A DNA stretch of 64,000 nt from the human T2T-CHM13v2.0 reference genome, Homo sapiens. Each line of letters starts with the position of its first letter. Position 1 is the stretch's first letter. The stretch lies in assembly GCF_009914755.1 (NCBI RefSeq), contig NC_060925.1; one strand, 5' to 3'. This document shows, piece after piece, positions 44,301-60,226 of the stretch. The position numbers were made by a program, and so were the translations under genes. The notes under the pieces are model-generated. The model searched no databases. It saw only the letters and a list, made by a program, of their open reading frames with translations, and had not been told where the DNA came from.

Positions 44301-47300
44301 GAATCATCTTCTAATGGAAAGGAATGGAATCATCGCATAGAATCGAATGGAATTATCATCGAATGGAATCGAATGGTATCAACACCAAACGGAAAAAAAC
44401 GGAATTATCGAATGGAATCGAAGAGAATCTTCGAACGGACCCGAATGGAATCATCTAATGGAATGGAATGGAATAATCCATGGACTCGAATGCAATCATC
44501 ATCGAATGGAATCGAATGGAATCATCGAATGGACTCGAATGGAATAATCATTGAACCGAATCGATTGGAATCATCATCGGATGGAAACGAATGGAATCAT
44601 CATCGAATGGAAATGAAAGGAGTCATCATCTAATGGAATTGCATGGAATCATCATAAAATGGAATCGAATGGAATCAACATCAAATGGAATCAAATGGAA
44701 TCATTGAACGGAATTGAATGGAATCGTCATCGAATGAATTGACTGCAATCATCCAATGGTCTCGAATGGAATCATCTTCAAATGGAATGGAATGGAATCA
44801 TCGCATAGAAACGAATGGAATTATCATCGAATGGAATCGAATGGAATCAACATCCAACGGAAAAAAACGGAATTATCGAATGGAATCGAAGAGAATCATC
44901 GAATGGACCCGAATGGAATCATGTAATGGAATGGAATGGAATAATCCATGGACTCGAATGCAATCATCATCGAATGGAATCGAATGGAATCATCGAATGG
45001 ACTCGAATGGAATAATCATTGAACGGAATCGAATGGAATCATCATCGGATGGAAATGAATGGAATCATCATCGAATGGAATCGAATAGAATTATGGAATG
45101 AAATCCAGTGTGATCATCATCGAATGGACCCGAATGGAATCATCATCCAACGGAAGCTAATGGAATCAACATCGAATGAATCAAATGGAAACACCATCGA
45201 ATTGAAACGAATGGAATTATCATGAAATTGAAATGGATGGACTCATCATCGAATGGATTAATGGAATCATCGAATAAAATTGATTGAAATCATCATCGAA
45301 TGGAATCGAATGGTATCATTGAATGGAATCGAATGGAATCATCATCAGATGGAAATGAATGGAATCGTCATAGAATGGAATCGAATGGATTCATTGAATG
45401 GAATCAGATGGAATCATCGAATGGACTGGAATGGAATCATTGAATGGACTCGAAAGGGATCATGATTGAATGGAATTGAATGGAATCATCGAATGGTCTC
45501 GATTGGAATCATTATCAAATGGAATCGAATGGAATCACCGAATAGAATCGAATGGAACAATCATCGAATGGACTCAAATGGAATTATCCTCAAATGGAAT
45601 CGAATGGAATTATCGAATGCAATCGACTGGAATTATCGAATGCAATCGAATAGAATCATCGAATGGACTCGAATGGAATCATCGAATGGAATGGAATGGA
45701 ACAGTCAATGAACTCGAATGGAATCATCATTGAATGGAATCGAATGGAATCATCGAGTGGAATCGAATGGAATTATGATCAAATGGAATCGAATGTAATC
45801 ATCATCAAATGGAATCAAAAATAACCATCATCAATTGGTATTGAATGGAATTGTCATCAAATGGAATTCAAAGGAATCATCATCAAATGGAACCGAATGG
45901 AATCCTCATTGAATGGAAATGAAAGGGGTCATCATCTAATGGAATCGCATGGAATCATCATCAAATGGAATCTAATGGAATCATTGAACAGAATTGAATG
46001 GAATCGTCATCGAATGAATTGAATGCAATCATCGAATGGTCTCGAATGGAATCATCTTCTAATGGAAAGGAATGGAATCATCGCATAGAATCGAATGGAA
46101 TTATCATCGAATGGAATCGAATGGTATCAACACCAAAAGGAAAAAAACGGAATTATCGAATGGAATCGAAGAGAATCTTCGAACGGACCCGAATGGAATC
46201 ATCTAATGGAATGGAATGGAATAATCCATGGACTCGAATGCAATCATCATTGAATGGAATCGAATGGAATCATCGAATGGACTCGAATGGAATAATCATT
46301 GAACGGAATCGAATGGAATCATCATCGGATGGAATCGAATGGAAACATCATCGAATGGAAATGAAAGGAGTCATCATCTAATGGAATTGCATGGAATCAT
46401 CATAAAATGGAATCGAATGGAATCAACATCAAATGGAATCAAATGGAATCATTGAACGGAATTGAATGGAATCGTCATCGAATGAATTGACTGCAATCAT
46501 CCAATGGTCTCGAATGGAATCATCTTCAAATGGAATGGAATGGAATCATCGCATAGAATCGAATGGAATTATCATCGAATGGAATCGAATGGAATCAACA
46601 TCAAACGGAAAAAAACGGAATTATCGAATGGAATCGAAGAGAATCATCGAATGGACCCGAATGGAATCATGTAATGGAATGGAATGGAATAATCCATGGA
46701 CTCGAATGCAATCATCATCGAATGGAATCGAATGGAATCATCGAATGGACTCGAATGGAATAATCATTGAACGGAATCGAATGGAATCATCATCGGATGG
46801 AAATGAATGGAATCATCATCGAATGGAATCGAATAGAATTATGGAATGAAATCCAGTGTGATCATCATCGAATGGACCCGAATGGAATCATCATCCAACG
46901 GAAGCTAATGGAATCAACATCGAATGAATCGAATGGAAACACCATCGAATTGAAACGAATGGAATTATCATGAAATTGAAATGGATGGACTCATCATCGA
47001 ATGGATTCGAATGGAATCATCGAATAAAATTGATTGAAATCATCATCGAATGGAATCGAAAGGTATCATTGAATGGAATCGAATGGAATCATCATCAGAT
47101 GGAAATGAATGGAATCGTCATAGAATGGAATCGAATGGATTCATTGAATGGAATCAGATGGAATCATCGAATGGACTGGAATGGAATCATTGAATGGACT
47201 CGAAAGGGATCATGATTGAATGGAATTGAATGGAATCATCGAATGGTCTCGATTGGAATCATTATCAAATGGAATCGAATGGAATCACCGAATAGAATCG

Positions 47301-47469
47301 AATGGAACAATCATCGAATGGACTCAAATGGAATTATCCTCCAATGGAATCGAATGGAATTATCGAATGCAATCGAATGGAATTATCGAATGCAATCGAA
47401 TAGAATCATCGAATGGACTCGAATGGAATCATCGAATGGAATGGAATGGAACAGTCAATGAACTCGAAT

Positions 47470-50400
47470 GGAATCATCATTGAATGGAATCGAATGGAAT
47501 CATCGAGTGGAATCGAATGGAATTATGATCAAATGGAATCGAATGTAATCATCATCAAATGGAATCAAAAATAACCATCATCAATTGGTATTGAATGGAA
47601 TTGTCATCAAATGGAATTCAAAGGAATCATCATCAAATGGAACCGAATGGAATCCTCATTGAATGGAAATGAAAGGGGTCATCATCTAATGGAATCGCAT
47701 GGAATCATCATCAAATGGAATCGAATGGAATCATCATCAAATGGAATCTAATGGAATCATTGAACAGAATTGAATGGAATCGTCATCGAATGAATTGAAT
47801 GCAATCATCGAATGGTCTCGAATGGATTCATCTTCTAATGGAAAGGAATGGAATCATCGCATAGAATCGAATGGAATTATCATCGAATGGAATCGAATGG
47901 TATCAACACCAAACGGAAAAAAACGGAATTATCGAATGGAATCGAAGAGAATCTTCGAACGGACCCGAATGGAATCATCTAATGGAATGGAATGGAATAA
48001 TCCATGGACTCGAATGCAATCATCATCGAATGGAATCGAATGGAATCATCGAATGTACTCGAATGGAATAATCATTGAACGGAATCGATTGGAATCATCA
48101 TCGGATGGAAACGAATGGAATCATCATCGAATGGAAATGAAAGGAGTCATCATCTAATGGAATTGCATGGAATCATCATAAAATGGAATCGAATGGAATC
48201 AACATCAAATGGAATCAAATGGAATCATTGAACGGAATTGAATGGAATTGTCATCGAATGAATTGACTGCAATCATCCAATGGTCTCGAATGGAATCATC
48301 TTCAAATGGAATGGAATGGAATCTTCGCATAGAATCGAATGGAATTATCATCGAATGGAATCGAATGCAATCAACATCCAACGGAAAAAAACGGAATTAT
48401 CGAATGGAATCGAAGAGAATCATCGAATGGACCCGAATGGAATCATCTAATGGAATGGAATGGAATAATCCATGGACTCGAATGCAATCATCATCGAATG
48501 GAATCGAATGGAATCATCGAATGGACTCGAATGGAATAATGATTGAACGGAATCGAATGGAATCATCATCGGATGGAAATGAATGGAATCATCATCGAAT
48601 GGAATCGAATAGAATTATGGAATGAAATCCAGTGTGATCATCATCGAATGGACCCGAATGGAATCATCATCCAACGGAAGCTAATGGAATCAACATCGAA
48701 TGAATCAAATGGAAACACCATCGAATTGAAACGAATGGAATTATCATGAAATTGAAATGGATGGACTCATCATCGAATGGATTCGAATGGAATCATCGAA
48801 TAAAATTGATTGAAATCATCATCGAATGGAATCGAATGGTATCATTGAATGGAATCGAATGGAATCATCATCAGATGGAAATGAATGGAATCGTCATAGA
48901 ATGGAATCGAATGGATTCATTGAATGGAATCAGATGGAATCATCGAATGGAGTGGAATGGAATCATTGAATGGACTCGAAAGGGATCATGATTGAATGGA
49001 ATTGAATGGAATCATCGAATGGTCTCGATTGGAATCATTATCAAATGGAATCGAATGGAATCACCGAATAGAATCGAATGGAACAATCATCGAATGGACT
49101 CAAATGGAATTATCCTCAAATGGAATCGAATGGAATTATCGAATGCAATCGAATGGAATTATCGAATGCAATCGAATAGAATCATCGAATGGACTCGAAT
49201 GGAATCATCGAATGGAATGGAATGGAACAGTCAATGAACTCGAATGGAATCATCATTGAATGGAATCGAATGGAATCATCGAGTGGAATTGAATGGAATT
49301 ATGATCAAATGGAATCGAATGTAATCATCATCAAATGGAATCAAAAATAACCATCATCAATTGGTATTGAATGGAATTGTCATCAAATGGAATTCAAAGG
49401 AATCATCATCAAATGGAACCGAATGGAATCCTCATTGAATGGAAATGAAAGGGGTCATCATCTAATGGAATCGCATGGAATCATCATAAAATGGAATCGA
49501 ATGGAATCAACATCAAATGGAATCAAATGGAATCATTGAACGGAATTGAATGGAATCGTCATCGAATGAATTGGATGCAATCATCGAATGGTCTCGAATG
49601 GAATCTTCTTCAAATGGAATGGAATGGAATCATCGCATAGAATCGAATGGAATTATCATCGAATGGAATCGAATGGAATCAACATCAAACGGAAAAAAAC
49701 GGAATTATCGAATGGAATCGAAGAGAATCATCGAATGGACCCGAATGGAATCATCTAATGGAATGGAATGGAATAATCCATGGACTCGAATGCAATCATC
49801 ATCGAATGGAATCGAATGGAATCATCGAATGGACTCGAATGGAATAATCATTGAACGGAATCGATTGGAATCATCATCGGATGGAAACGAATGGAATCAT
49901 CATCGAATGGAAATGAAAGGAGTCATCATCTAATGGAATTGCATGGAATCATCATAAAATGGAATCGAATGGAATCAACATCAAATGGAATCAAATGGAA
50001 TCATTGAACGGAATTGAATGGAATCGTCATCGAATGAATTGACTGCAATCATCCAATGGTCTCGAATGGAATCATCTTCAAATGGAATGGAATGGAATCA
50101 TCGCATAGAATCGAATGGAATTATCATCGAATGGAATCGAATGGAATCAACATCCAACGGAAAAAAAACGGAATTATCGAATGGAATCAAAGAGAATCAT
50201 CGAATGGACCCGAATGGAATCATCTAATGGAATGGAATGGAATAATCCATGGACTCGAATGCAATCATCATCGAATGGAATCGAATGGAATCATCGAATG
50301 GACTCGAATGGAATAATCATTGAACGGAATCGAATGGAATCATCATCGGATGGAAATGAATGGAATCATCATCGAATGGAATCGAATAGAATTATGGAAT

Positions 50401-53400
50401 GAAATCCAGTGTGATCATCATCGAATGGACCCGAATGGAATCATCATCCAACGGAAGCTAATGGAATCAACATCGAATGAATCGAATGGAAACACCATCG
50501 AATTGAAACGAATGGAATTATCATGAAATTGAAATGGATGGACTCATCATCGAATGGATTCGAATGGAATCATCGAATAAAAGTGATTGAAATCATCATC
50601 GAATGGAATCGAATGGTATCATTGAATGGAATCGAATGGAATCATCATCAGATGGAAATGAATGGAATCGTCATAGAATGGAATCGAATGGATTCATTGA
50701 ATGGAATCAGATGGAATCATCGAATGGACTGGAATGGAATCATTGAATGGACTCGAAAGGGATCATGATTGAATGGAATTGAATGGAATCATCAAATGGT
50801 CTCGATTGGAATCATTATCAAATGGAATCGAATGGAATCACCGAATAGAATCGAATGGAACAATCATCGAATGGACTCAAATGGAATTATCCTCAAATGG
50901 AATCGAATGGAATTATCGAATACAATCGAATGGAATTATCGAATGCAATCGAATAGAATCATCAAATGGACTCGAATGGAATCATCGAATGGAATGGAAT
51001 GGAACAGTCAATGAACACGAATGGAATCATCATTGAATGGAATCGAATGGAATCATCGAGTGGAATCGAATGGAATTATGATCAAATGGAATCGAATGTA
51101 ATCATCATCAAATGGAATCAAAAATAACCATCATCAATTGGTATTGAATGGAATTGTCATCAAATGGAATTCAAAGGAATCATCATCAAATGGAACCGAA
51201 TGGAATCCTCATTGAATGGAAATGAAAGGGGTCATCATCTAATGGAATCGCATGGAATCATCATCAAATGGAATCGAATGGAATCATCATCAAATGGAAT
51301 CTAATGGAATCATTGAACAGAATTGAATGGAATCGTCATCGAATGAATTGAATGCAATCATCGAATGGTCTCGAATGGATTCATCTTCTAATGGAAAGGA
51401 ATGGAATCATCGCATAGAATCGAATGGAATTATCATCGAATGGAATCGAATGGTATCAACACCAAACGGAAAAAAACGGAATTATCGAATGGAATCGAAG
51501 AGAATCTTCGAACGGACCCGAATGGAATCATCTAATGGAATGGAATGGAATAATCCATGGACTCGAATGCAATCATCATCGAATGGAATCGAATGGAATC
51601 ATCGAATGTACTCGAATGGAATAATCATTGAACGGAATCGATTGGAATCATCATCGGATGGAAACGAATGGAATCATCATCGAATGGAAATGAAAGGAGT
51701 CATCATCTAATGGAATTGCATGGAATCATCATAAAATGGAATCGAATGGAATCAACATCAAATGGAATCAAATGGAATCATTGAACGGAATTGAATGGAA
51801 TTGTCATCGAATGAATTGACTGCAATCATCCAATGGTCTCGAATGGAATCATCTTCAAATGGAATGGAATGGAATCTTCGCATAGAATCGAATGGAATTA
51901 TCATCGAATGGAATCGAATGCAATCAACATCCAACGGAAAAAAACGGAATTATCGAATGGAATCGAAGAGAATCATCGAATGGACCCGAATGGAATCATC
52001 TAATGGAATGGAATGGAATAATCCATGGACTCGAATGCAATCATCATCGAATGGAATCGAATGGAATCATCGAATGGACTCGAATGGAATAATGATTGAA
52101 CGGAATCGAATGGAATCATCATCGGATGGAAATGAATGGAATCATCATCGAATGGAATCGAATAGAATTATGGAATGAAATCCAGTGTGATCATCATCGA
52201 ATGGACCCGAATGGAATCATCATCCAACGGAAGCTAATGGAATCAACATCGAATGAATCAAATGGAAACACCATCGAATTGAAACGAATGGAATTATCAT
52301 GAAATTGAAATGGATGGACTCATCATCGAATGGATTCGAATGGAATCATCGAATAAAATTGATTGAAATCATCATCGAATGGAATCGAATGGTATCATTG
52401 AATGGAATCGAATGGAATCATCATCAGATGGAAATGAATGGAATCGTCATAGAATGGAATCGAATGGATTCATTGAATGGAATCAGATGGAATCATCGAA
52501 TGGAGTGGAATGGAATCATTGAATGGACTCGAAAGGGATCATGATTGAATGGAATTGAATGGAATCATCGAATGGTCTCGATTGGAATCATTATCAAATG
52601 GAATCGAATGGAATCACCGAATAGAATCGAATGGAACAATCATCGAATGGACTCAAATGGAATTATCCTCAAATGGAATCGAATGGAATTATCGAATGCA
52701 ATCGAATGGAATTATCGAATGCAATCGAATAGAATCATCGAATGGACTCGAATGGAATCATCGAATGGAATGGAATGGAACAGTCAATGAACTCGAATGG
52801 AATCATCATTGAATGGAATCGAATGGAATCATCGAGTGGAATTGAATGGAATTATGATCAAATGGAATCGAATGTAATCATCATCAAATGGAATCAAAAA
52901 TAACCATCATCAATTGGTATTGAATGGAATTGTCATCAAATGGAATTCAAAGGAATCATCATCAAATGGAACCGAATGGAATCCTCATTGAATGGAAATG
53001 AAAGGGGTCATCATCTAATGGAATCGCATGGAATCATCATAAAATGGAATCGAATGGAATCAACATCAAATGGAATCAAATGGAATCATTGAACGGAATT
53101 GAATGGAATCGTCATCGAATGAATTGGATGCAATCATCGAATGGTCTCGAATGGAATCTTCTTCAAATGGAATGGAATGGAATCATCGCATAGAATCGAA
53201 TGGAATTATCATCGAATGGAATCGAATGGAATCAACATCAAACGGAAAAAAACGGAATTATCGAATGGAATCGAAGAGAATCATCGAATGGACCCGAATG
53301 GAATCATCTAATGGAATGGAATGGAATAATCCATGGACTCGAATGCAATCATCATCGAATGGAATCGAATGGAATCATCGAATGGACTCGAATGGAATAA

Positions 53401-54865
53401 TCATTGAACGGAATCGATTGGAATCATCATCGGATGGAAACGAATGGAATCATCATCGAATGGAAATGAAAGGAGTCATCATCTAATGGAATTGCATGGA
53501 ATCATCATAAAATGGAATCGAATGGAATCAACATCAAATGGAATCAAATGGAATCATTGAACGGAATTGAATGGAATCGTCATCGAATGAATTGACTGCA
53601 ATCATCCAATGGTCTCGAATGGAATCATCTTCAAATGGAATGGAATGGAATCATCGCATAGAATCGAATGGAATTATCATCGAATGGAATCGAATGGAAT
53701 CAACATCCAACGGAAAAAAAACGGAATTATCGAATGGAATCAAAGAGAATCATCGAATGGACCCGAATGGAATCATCTAATGGAATGGAATGGAATAATC
53801 CATGGACTCGAATGCAATCATCATCGAATGGAATCGAATGGAATCATCGAATGGACTCGAATGGAATAATCATTGAACGGAATCGAATGGAATCATCATC
53901 GGATGGAAATGAATGGAATCATCATCGAATGGAATCGAATAGAATTATGGAATGAAATCCAGTGTGATCATCATCGAATGGACCCGAATGGAATCATCAT
54001 CCAACGGAAGCTAATGGAATCAACATCGAATGAATCGAATGGAAACACCATCGAATTGAAACGAATGGAATTATCATGAAATTGAAATGGATGGACTCAT
54101 CATCGAATGGATTCGAATGGAATCATCGAATAAAAGTGATTGAAATCATCATCGAATGGAATCGAATGGTATCATTGAATGGAATCGAATGGAATCATCA
54201 TCAGATGGAAATGAATGGAATCGTCATAGAATGGAATCGAATGGATTCATTGAATGGAATCAGATGGAATCATCGAATGGACTGGAATGGAATCATTGAA
54301 TGGACTCGAAAGGGATCATGATTGAATGGAATTGAATGGAATCATCAAATGGTCTCGATTGGAATCATTATCAAATGGAATCGAATGGAATCACCGAATA
54401 GAATCGAATGGAACAATCATCGAATGGACTCAAATGGAATTATCCTCAAATGGAATCGAATGGAATTATCGAATACAATCGAATGGAATTATCGAATGCA
54501 ATCGAATAGAATCATCAAATGGACTCGAATGGAATCATCGAATGGAATGGAATGGAACAGTCAATGAACACGAATGGAATCATCATTGAATGGAATCGAA
54601 TGGAATCATCGAGTGGAATCGAATGGAATTATGATCAAATGGAATCGAATGTAATCATCATCAAATGGAATCAAAAATAACCATCATCAATTGGTATTGA
54701 ATGGAATTGTCATCAAATGGAATTCAAAGGAATCATCATCAAATGGAACCGAATGGAATCCTCATTGAATGGAAATGAAAGGGGTCATCATCTAATGGAA
54801 TCGCATGGAATCATCATCAAATGGAATCGAATGGAATCATCATCAAATGGAATCTAATGGAATCA
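47470..54865 (+). repeat. Near-identical 3553-bp tandem duplication of a two-unit block
   Basis: All private variants I checked recur at +3553 (ORFs 47774/51327, 48242/51795, 49550/53103, 50018/53571, 50769/54322 have identical translations). Confidence 0.92.
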
Positions 54866-56654
54866 TTGAAAGAATTGAATGGAATCATCATCGAATGAAT
54901 TGAATGCAATCATCGAATGGTCTCGAATGGAATCATCTTCTAATGGAAAGGAATGGAATCATCGCATAGAATCGAATGGAATTATCATCGAATGGAATCG
55001 AATGGTATCAACACCAAACGGAAAAAAACGGAATTATCGAATGGAATCGAAGAGAATCTTCGAACGGACCCGAATGGAATCATCTAATGGAATGGAATGG
55101 AATAATCCGTGGACTCGAATGCAATCATCATCGAATGGAATCGAATGGAATCATCGAATGGACTCGAATGGAATAATCATTGAACGGAATCGAATGGAAT
55201 CATCATCGGACGGAAACGAATGGAATCATCATCGAATGGGAATGAAAGGAGTCATCATCTAATGGAATTGCATGGAATCATCATAAAATGGAATCGAATG
55301 GAATCAACATCAAATGGAATCAAATGGAATCATTGAACGGAATTGAATGGAATCGTCATCGAATGAATTGAATGCAATCATCGAATGGTCTCAAATGGAA
55401 TCATCTTCAAATGGAATGGAATGGAATCATCGCATAGAATCGAATGGAATTATCATCGAATGTAATCGAATGGAATCAACACCAAACGGAAAAAAACGGA
55501 TTTATCGAATGGAATCGAAGAGAATCATCGAATGGACCCGAATGGAATCATCTAATGGAATGGAATGGAATAATCCATGGACTCGAATGCAATCATCATC
55601 GAATGGAATCGAATGGAATCATCGAATGGACTCGAATGGAATAATCATTGAATGGAATCGAATGGAATCATCATCGGATGGAAATGAATGGAATCATCAT
55701 CGAATGGAATCGAATAGAATTATGGAATGAAATCCAGTGTGATCATCATCGAATGGACCCGAATGGAATCATCATCCAACGGAAGCTAATGGAATCAACA
55801 TCGAATGAATCAAATGGAAACACCATCGAATTGAAACGAATGGAATTACCATGAAATTGAAATGGATGGACTCATCATCAAATGGATTTGAGTGGAATCA
55901 TCGAATAAAATTGATTGAAATCATCATCGAATGGAATCGAATGGTATCATTGAATGGAATCGAATGCAATCATCATCAGATGGAAATGAAAGGAATCGTC
56001 ATAGAATGGAATCGAATGGATTCATTGAATGGAATCAGATGGAATCATTGAATGGACTGGAATGGAATCATTGAATGGACTCGAAAGGGATCATTATTGA
56101 ATGGAATTGAATGGAATCATCGAATGGTCTCGATTGGAATCATTATCAAATGGAATCGAATGGAATCACCGAATAGAATCGAATGGAACAATCATCGAAT
56201 GGACTCAAATGGAATTATCCTCAAATGGAATTGAATGGAATTATCGAATGCAATCGAATGGAATTATCGAATGCAATCGAATAGAATCATCGAATGGACT
56301 CGAATGGAATCATCGAATGGAATGGAATGGAACAGTCAATGAACTCGAATGGAATCATCATTGAATGGAATCGAATGGAATCATCGAGTGGAATCGAATG
56401 TAATCATCATCAAATGGAATCAAAAATAACCATCATCAAATGGAATCAAAAATAACCATCATCAATTGGTATTGAATGGAATTCTCATCAAATGGAATTC
56501 AAAGGAATCATCATCAAATGGAACCGAATGGAATCCTCATTGAATGGAAATGAAAGGGGTCATCATCTAATGGAATCGCATGGAATCATCATCAAATGGA
56601 ATCGAATGGAATCATCATCAAATGGAATCTAATGGAATCATTGAACAGAATTGA

Positions 56655-59600
56655 ATGGAATCGTCATCGAATGAATTGAATGCAATCATCGAATGGTCTC
56701 GAATGGAATCATCTTCTAATGGAAAGGAATGGAATCATCGCATAGAATCGAATGGAATTATCATCGAATGGAATCGAATGGTATCAACACCAAACGGAAA
56801 AAAACGGAATTATCGAATGGAATCGAAGAGAATCTTCGAACGGACCCGAATGGAATCATCTAATGGAATGGAATGGAATAATCCATGGACTCGAATGCAA
56901 TCATCATCGAATGGAATCGAATGGAATCATCGAATGGACTCGAATGGAATAATCATTGAACGGAATCGAATGGAATCATCATCGGATGGAAACGAATGGA
57001 ATCATCATCGAATGGAAATGAAAGGAGTCATCATCTAATGGAATTGCATGGAATCATCATCAAATGGAATCGAATGGAATCAACATCAAATGGAATCAAA
57101 TGGAATCATTGAACGGAATTGAATGGAATCGTCATCGAATGAATTGAACGCAATCATCGAATGGTCTCGAATGGAATCATCTTCAAATGGAATGGAATGG
57201 AATCATCGCATAGAATCGAATGGAATTATCATCGAATGGAATCGAATGGTATCAACATCAAACGGAAAAAAACGGAATTATCGAATGGAATCGAAGAGAA
57301 TCCTCGAACGGACCCGAATGGAGTCATCTAATGGAATGGAATGGAATAATCCACGGACTCGAATGCAATCATCATCGAATGGAATCGAATGGAATCATCG
57401 AATGGACTCGAATGGAATAATCATTGAACAGAATCGAATGGAATCATCATCGGATGGAAACGAATGGAATCATCATCGAATGGAAATGAAAGGAGTCATC
57501 ATCTAATGGAATTGCATGGAATCATCATAAAATGGAATCGAATGGAATCAACATCAAACGGAAAAAAACGGAATTATCGAATGGAATCGAATAGAATCAT
57601 CGAATGGACCCGAATCGAATCATCTAATGGAATGGAATGGAATAATCCGTGGACTCGAATGCAATCATCATCGAATGTAATCGAATGGAATCATCCAATG
57701 GACTCGAATGGAATAATCATTGAACGGAATCGAATGGAATCATCATCGGATGGAAATGAATGGAATCATCATCGAATGGAATCGAATAGAATTATGGAAT
57801 GAAATCCAGTGTGATCATCATCGAATGGACCCGAATGGAATCATCATCCAACGGATGCTAATGGAATCAACATCGAATGAATCAAATGGAAACACCATCG
57901 AATTGAAACGAATGGAATTACCATGAAATTGAAATGGTTGGACTCATCATCGAATGGATTCGAATGGAATCATCGAATAAAATTGATTGAAATCATCATC
58001 GAATGGAATCGAATGGTATCATTGAATGGAATCGAATGCAATCATCATCAGATAGAAATGAATGGAATCGTCATAGAATGGAATCGAATGGATTCATTGA
58101 ATGGAATCAGATGGAATCATCGAATGGACTGGAATGGAATTATTGAATGGACACGAAAGAGATCATGATTGAATGGAATTGAATGGAATCATCGAATGGT
58201 CTCGATTGGAATCATTATCAAATGGAATCGAATGGAATCACCGAATAGATTCGAATGGAACAATCATCGAATGGACTCAAATGGAATTATCCTCAAATGG
58301 AATGGAGTGGAATTATCGAATGCAATCGAATGGAATTATCGAATGCAATCGAATAGAATCATTGAATGGACTCGAATGGAATAATCATTGAACGGAATCG
58401 AATGGAATCATCATCGGATGGAAACGAATGGAATCATCATCGAATGGAAATGAAAGGAGACATCATCTAATGGAATTGCATGGAATCATCATAAAATGGA
58501 ATCGAATGGAATCAACATCAAATGGAATCAAATGGAATCATTGAACGGAATTGAATGGAATCGTCATCGAATGAATTGAATGCAATCATCGAATGGTCTC
58601 GAATGGAATCATCTTCAAATGGAATGGAATGGAATCATCGCATAGAATCGAATGGAATTACCATCGAATGGAATCGAATGGAATCAACATCAAACGGAAA
58701 AAAACGGAATTATCGAATGGAATCGAAGAGAATCATCGAATGGACCCGAATGGAATCATCTAATGGAATGGAATGGAATAATCCATGGACTCGAATGCAA
58801 TCATCATCGAATGGAATCGAATGGAATCATCGAATGGACCCGAATGGAATAATCATTGAATGGAATCGAATGGAATCAACATCAAATGGAATCAAATGAA
58901 ATCATTGAACGGAATTGAATGGAATCGTCATCGAATGAATTGAATGCAATCATCGAATGGTCTCGAATGGAATCATCTTCAAATGGAATGGAATGGAATC
59001 ATCGCATAGAATCGAATGGAATTATCATTGAATGGAATCGAATCGAATCAACATCAAACGGAAAAAAACGGAATTATCGAATGGAATCGAAGAGAATCAT
59101 CGAATGGACCCGAATGGAATCATCTAATGGAATGGAATGGAATAATCCACGGACTCGAATGCAATCATCATCGAATGGAATCGAATGGAATCATCCAATG
59201 GACTCGAATGGAATAATCATTGAACGGAATCGAATGGAATCATCATCGGATGGAAATGAATGGAATCATCATCGAATGGAATCGAATAGAATTATGGAAT
59301 GAAATCCAGTGTGATCATCATCGAATGGACCCGAATGGAATCATCATCCAACGGAAGCTAATGGAATCAACATCGAATGAATCAAATGGAAACACCATCG
59401 AATTGAAACGAATGGAATTACCATGAAATTGAAATGGATGGACTCATCATCGAATGGATTCGAATGGAATCATCGAATAAAATTGATTGAAATCATCATC
59501 GAATGGAATCGAATGGTATCATTGAATGGAATCGAATGGAATCATCATAAGATGGAAATGAATGGAATCGTCATAGAATGGAATCGAATGGATTCATTGA

Positions 59601-60226
59601 ATGGAATCAGATGGAATCATCGAATGGACTGGAATGGAATCATTGAATGGACTCGAAAGGGATCATGATTGAATGGAATTGAATGGAATCATCGAATGGT
59701 CTCGATTGGAATCATTATCAAATGGAATCGAATGGAATCACCGAATAGAATCGAATGGAACAATCATCGAATGGACTCAAAAGGAATTATCCTCAAATGG
59801 AATCGAATGGAATTATCGAATGCAATCGAATGGAATTATCGAATGCAATCGAATAGAATCATCGAATGGACTCGAATGGAATCATCGAATGGAATGGAAT
59901 GGAACAGTCAATGAACTCGAATGGAATCATCATTGAATGGAATCGAATGGAATCATCGAGTGGAATCGAATGGAATTATGATCAAATGGAATCGAATGTA
60001 ATCATCATCAAATGGAATCAAAAATAACCATCATCAATTGGTATTGAATGGAATTGTCATCAAATGGAATTCAAAGGAATCATCATCAAATGGAACCGAA
60101 TGGAATCCTCATTGAATGGAAATGAAAGGGGTCATCATCTAATGGAATCGCATGGAATCATCATCAAATGGAATCGAATGGAATCATCATCAAATGGAAT
60201 CTAATGGAATCATTGAACAGAATTGA
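56655..60226 (+). repeat. Rearranged 3572-bp module, copy 2
   Basis: Same junction order as 31793-35369 (starts 56655, 57123, 58555, 58919) and shared rare SNVs such as GGATGCTAATGG, TGGTTGGACTC, CAGATAGAAATG and AGGAGACATC. Confidence 0.88.
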
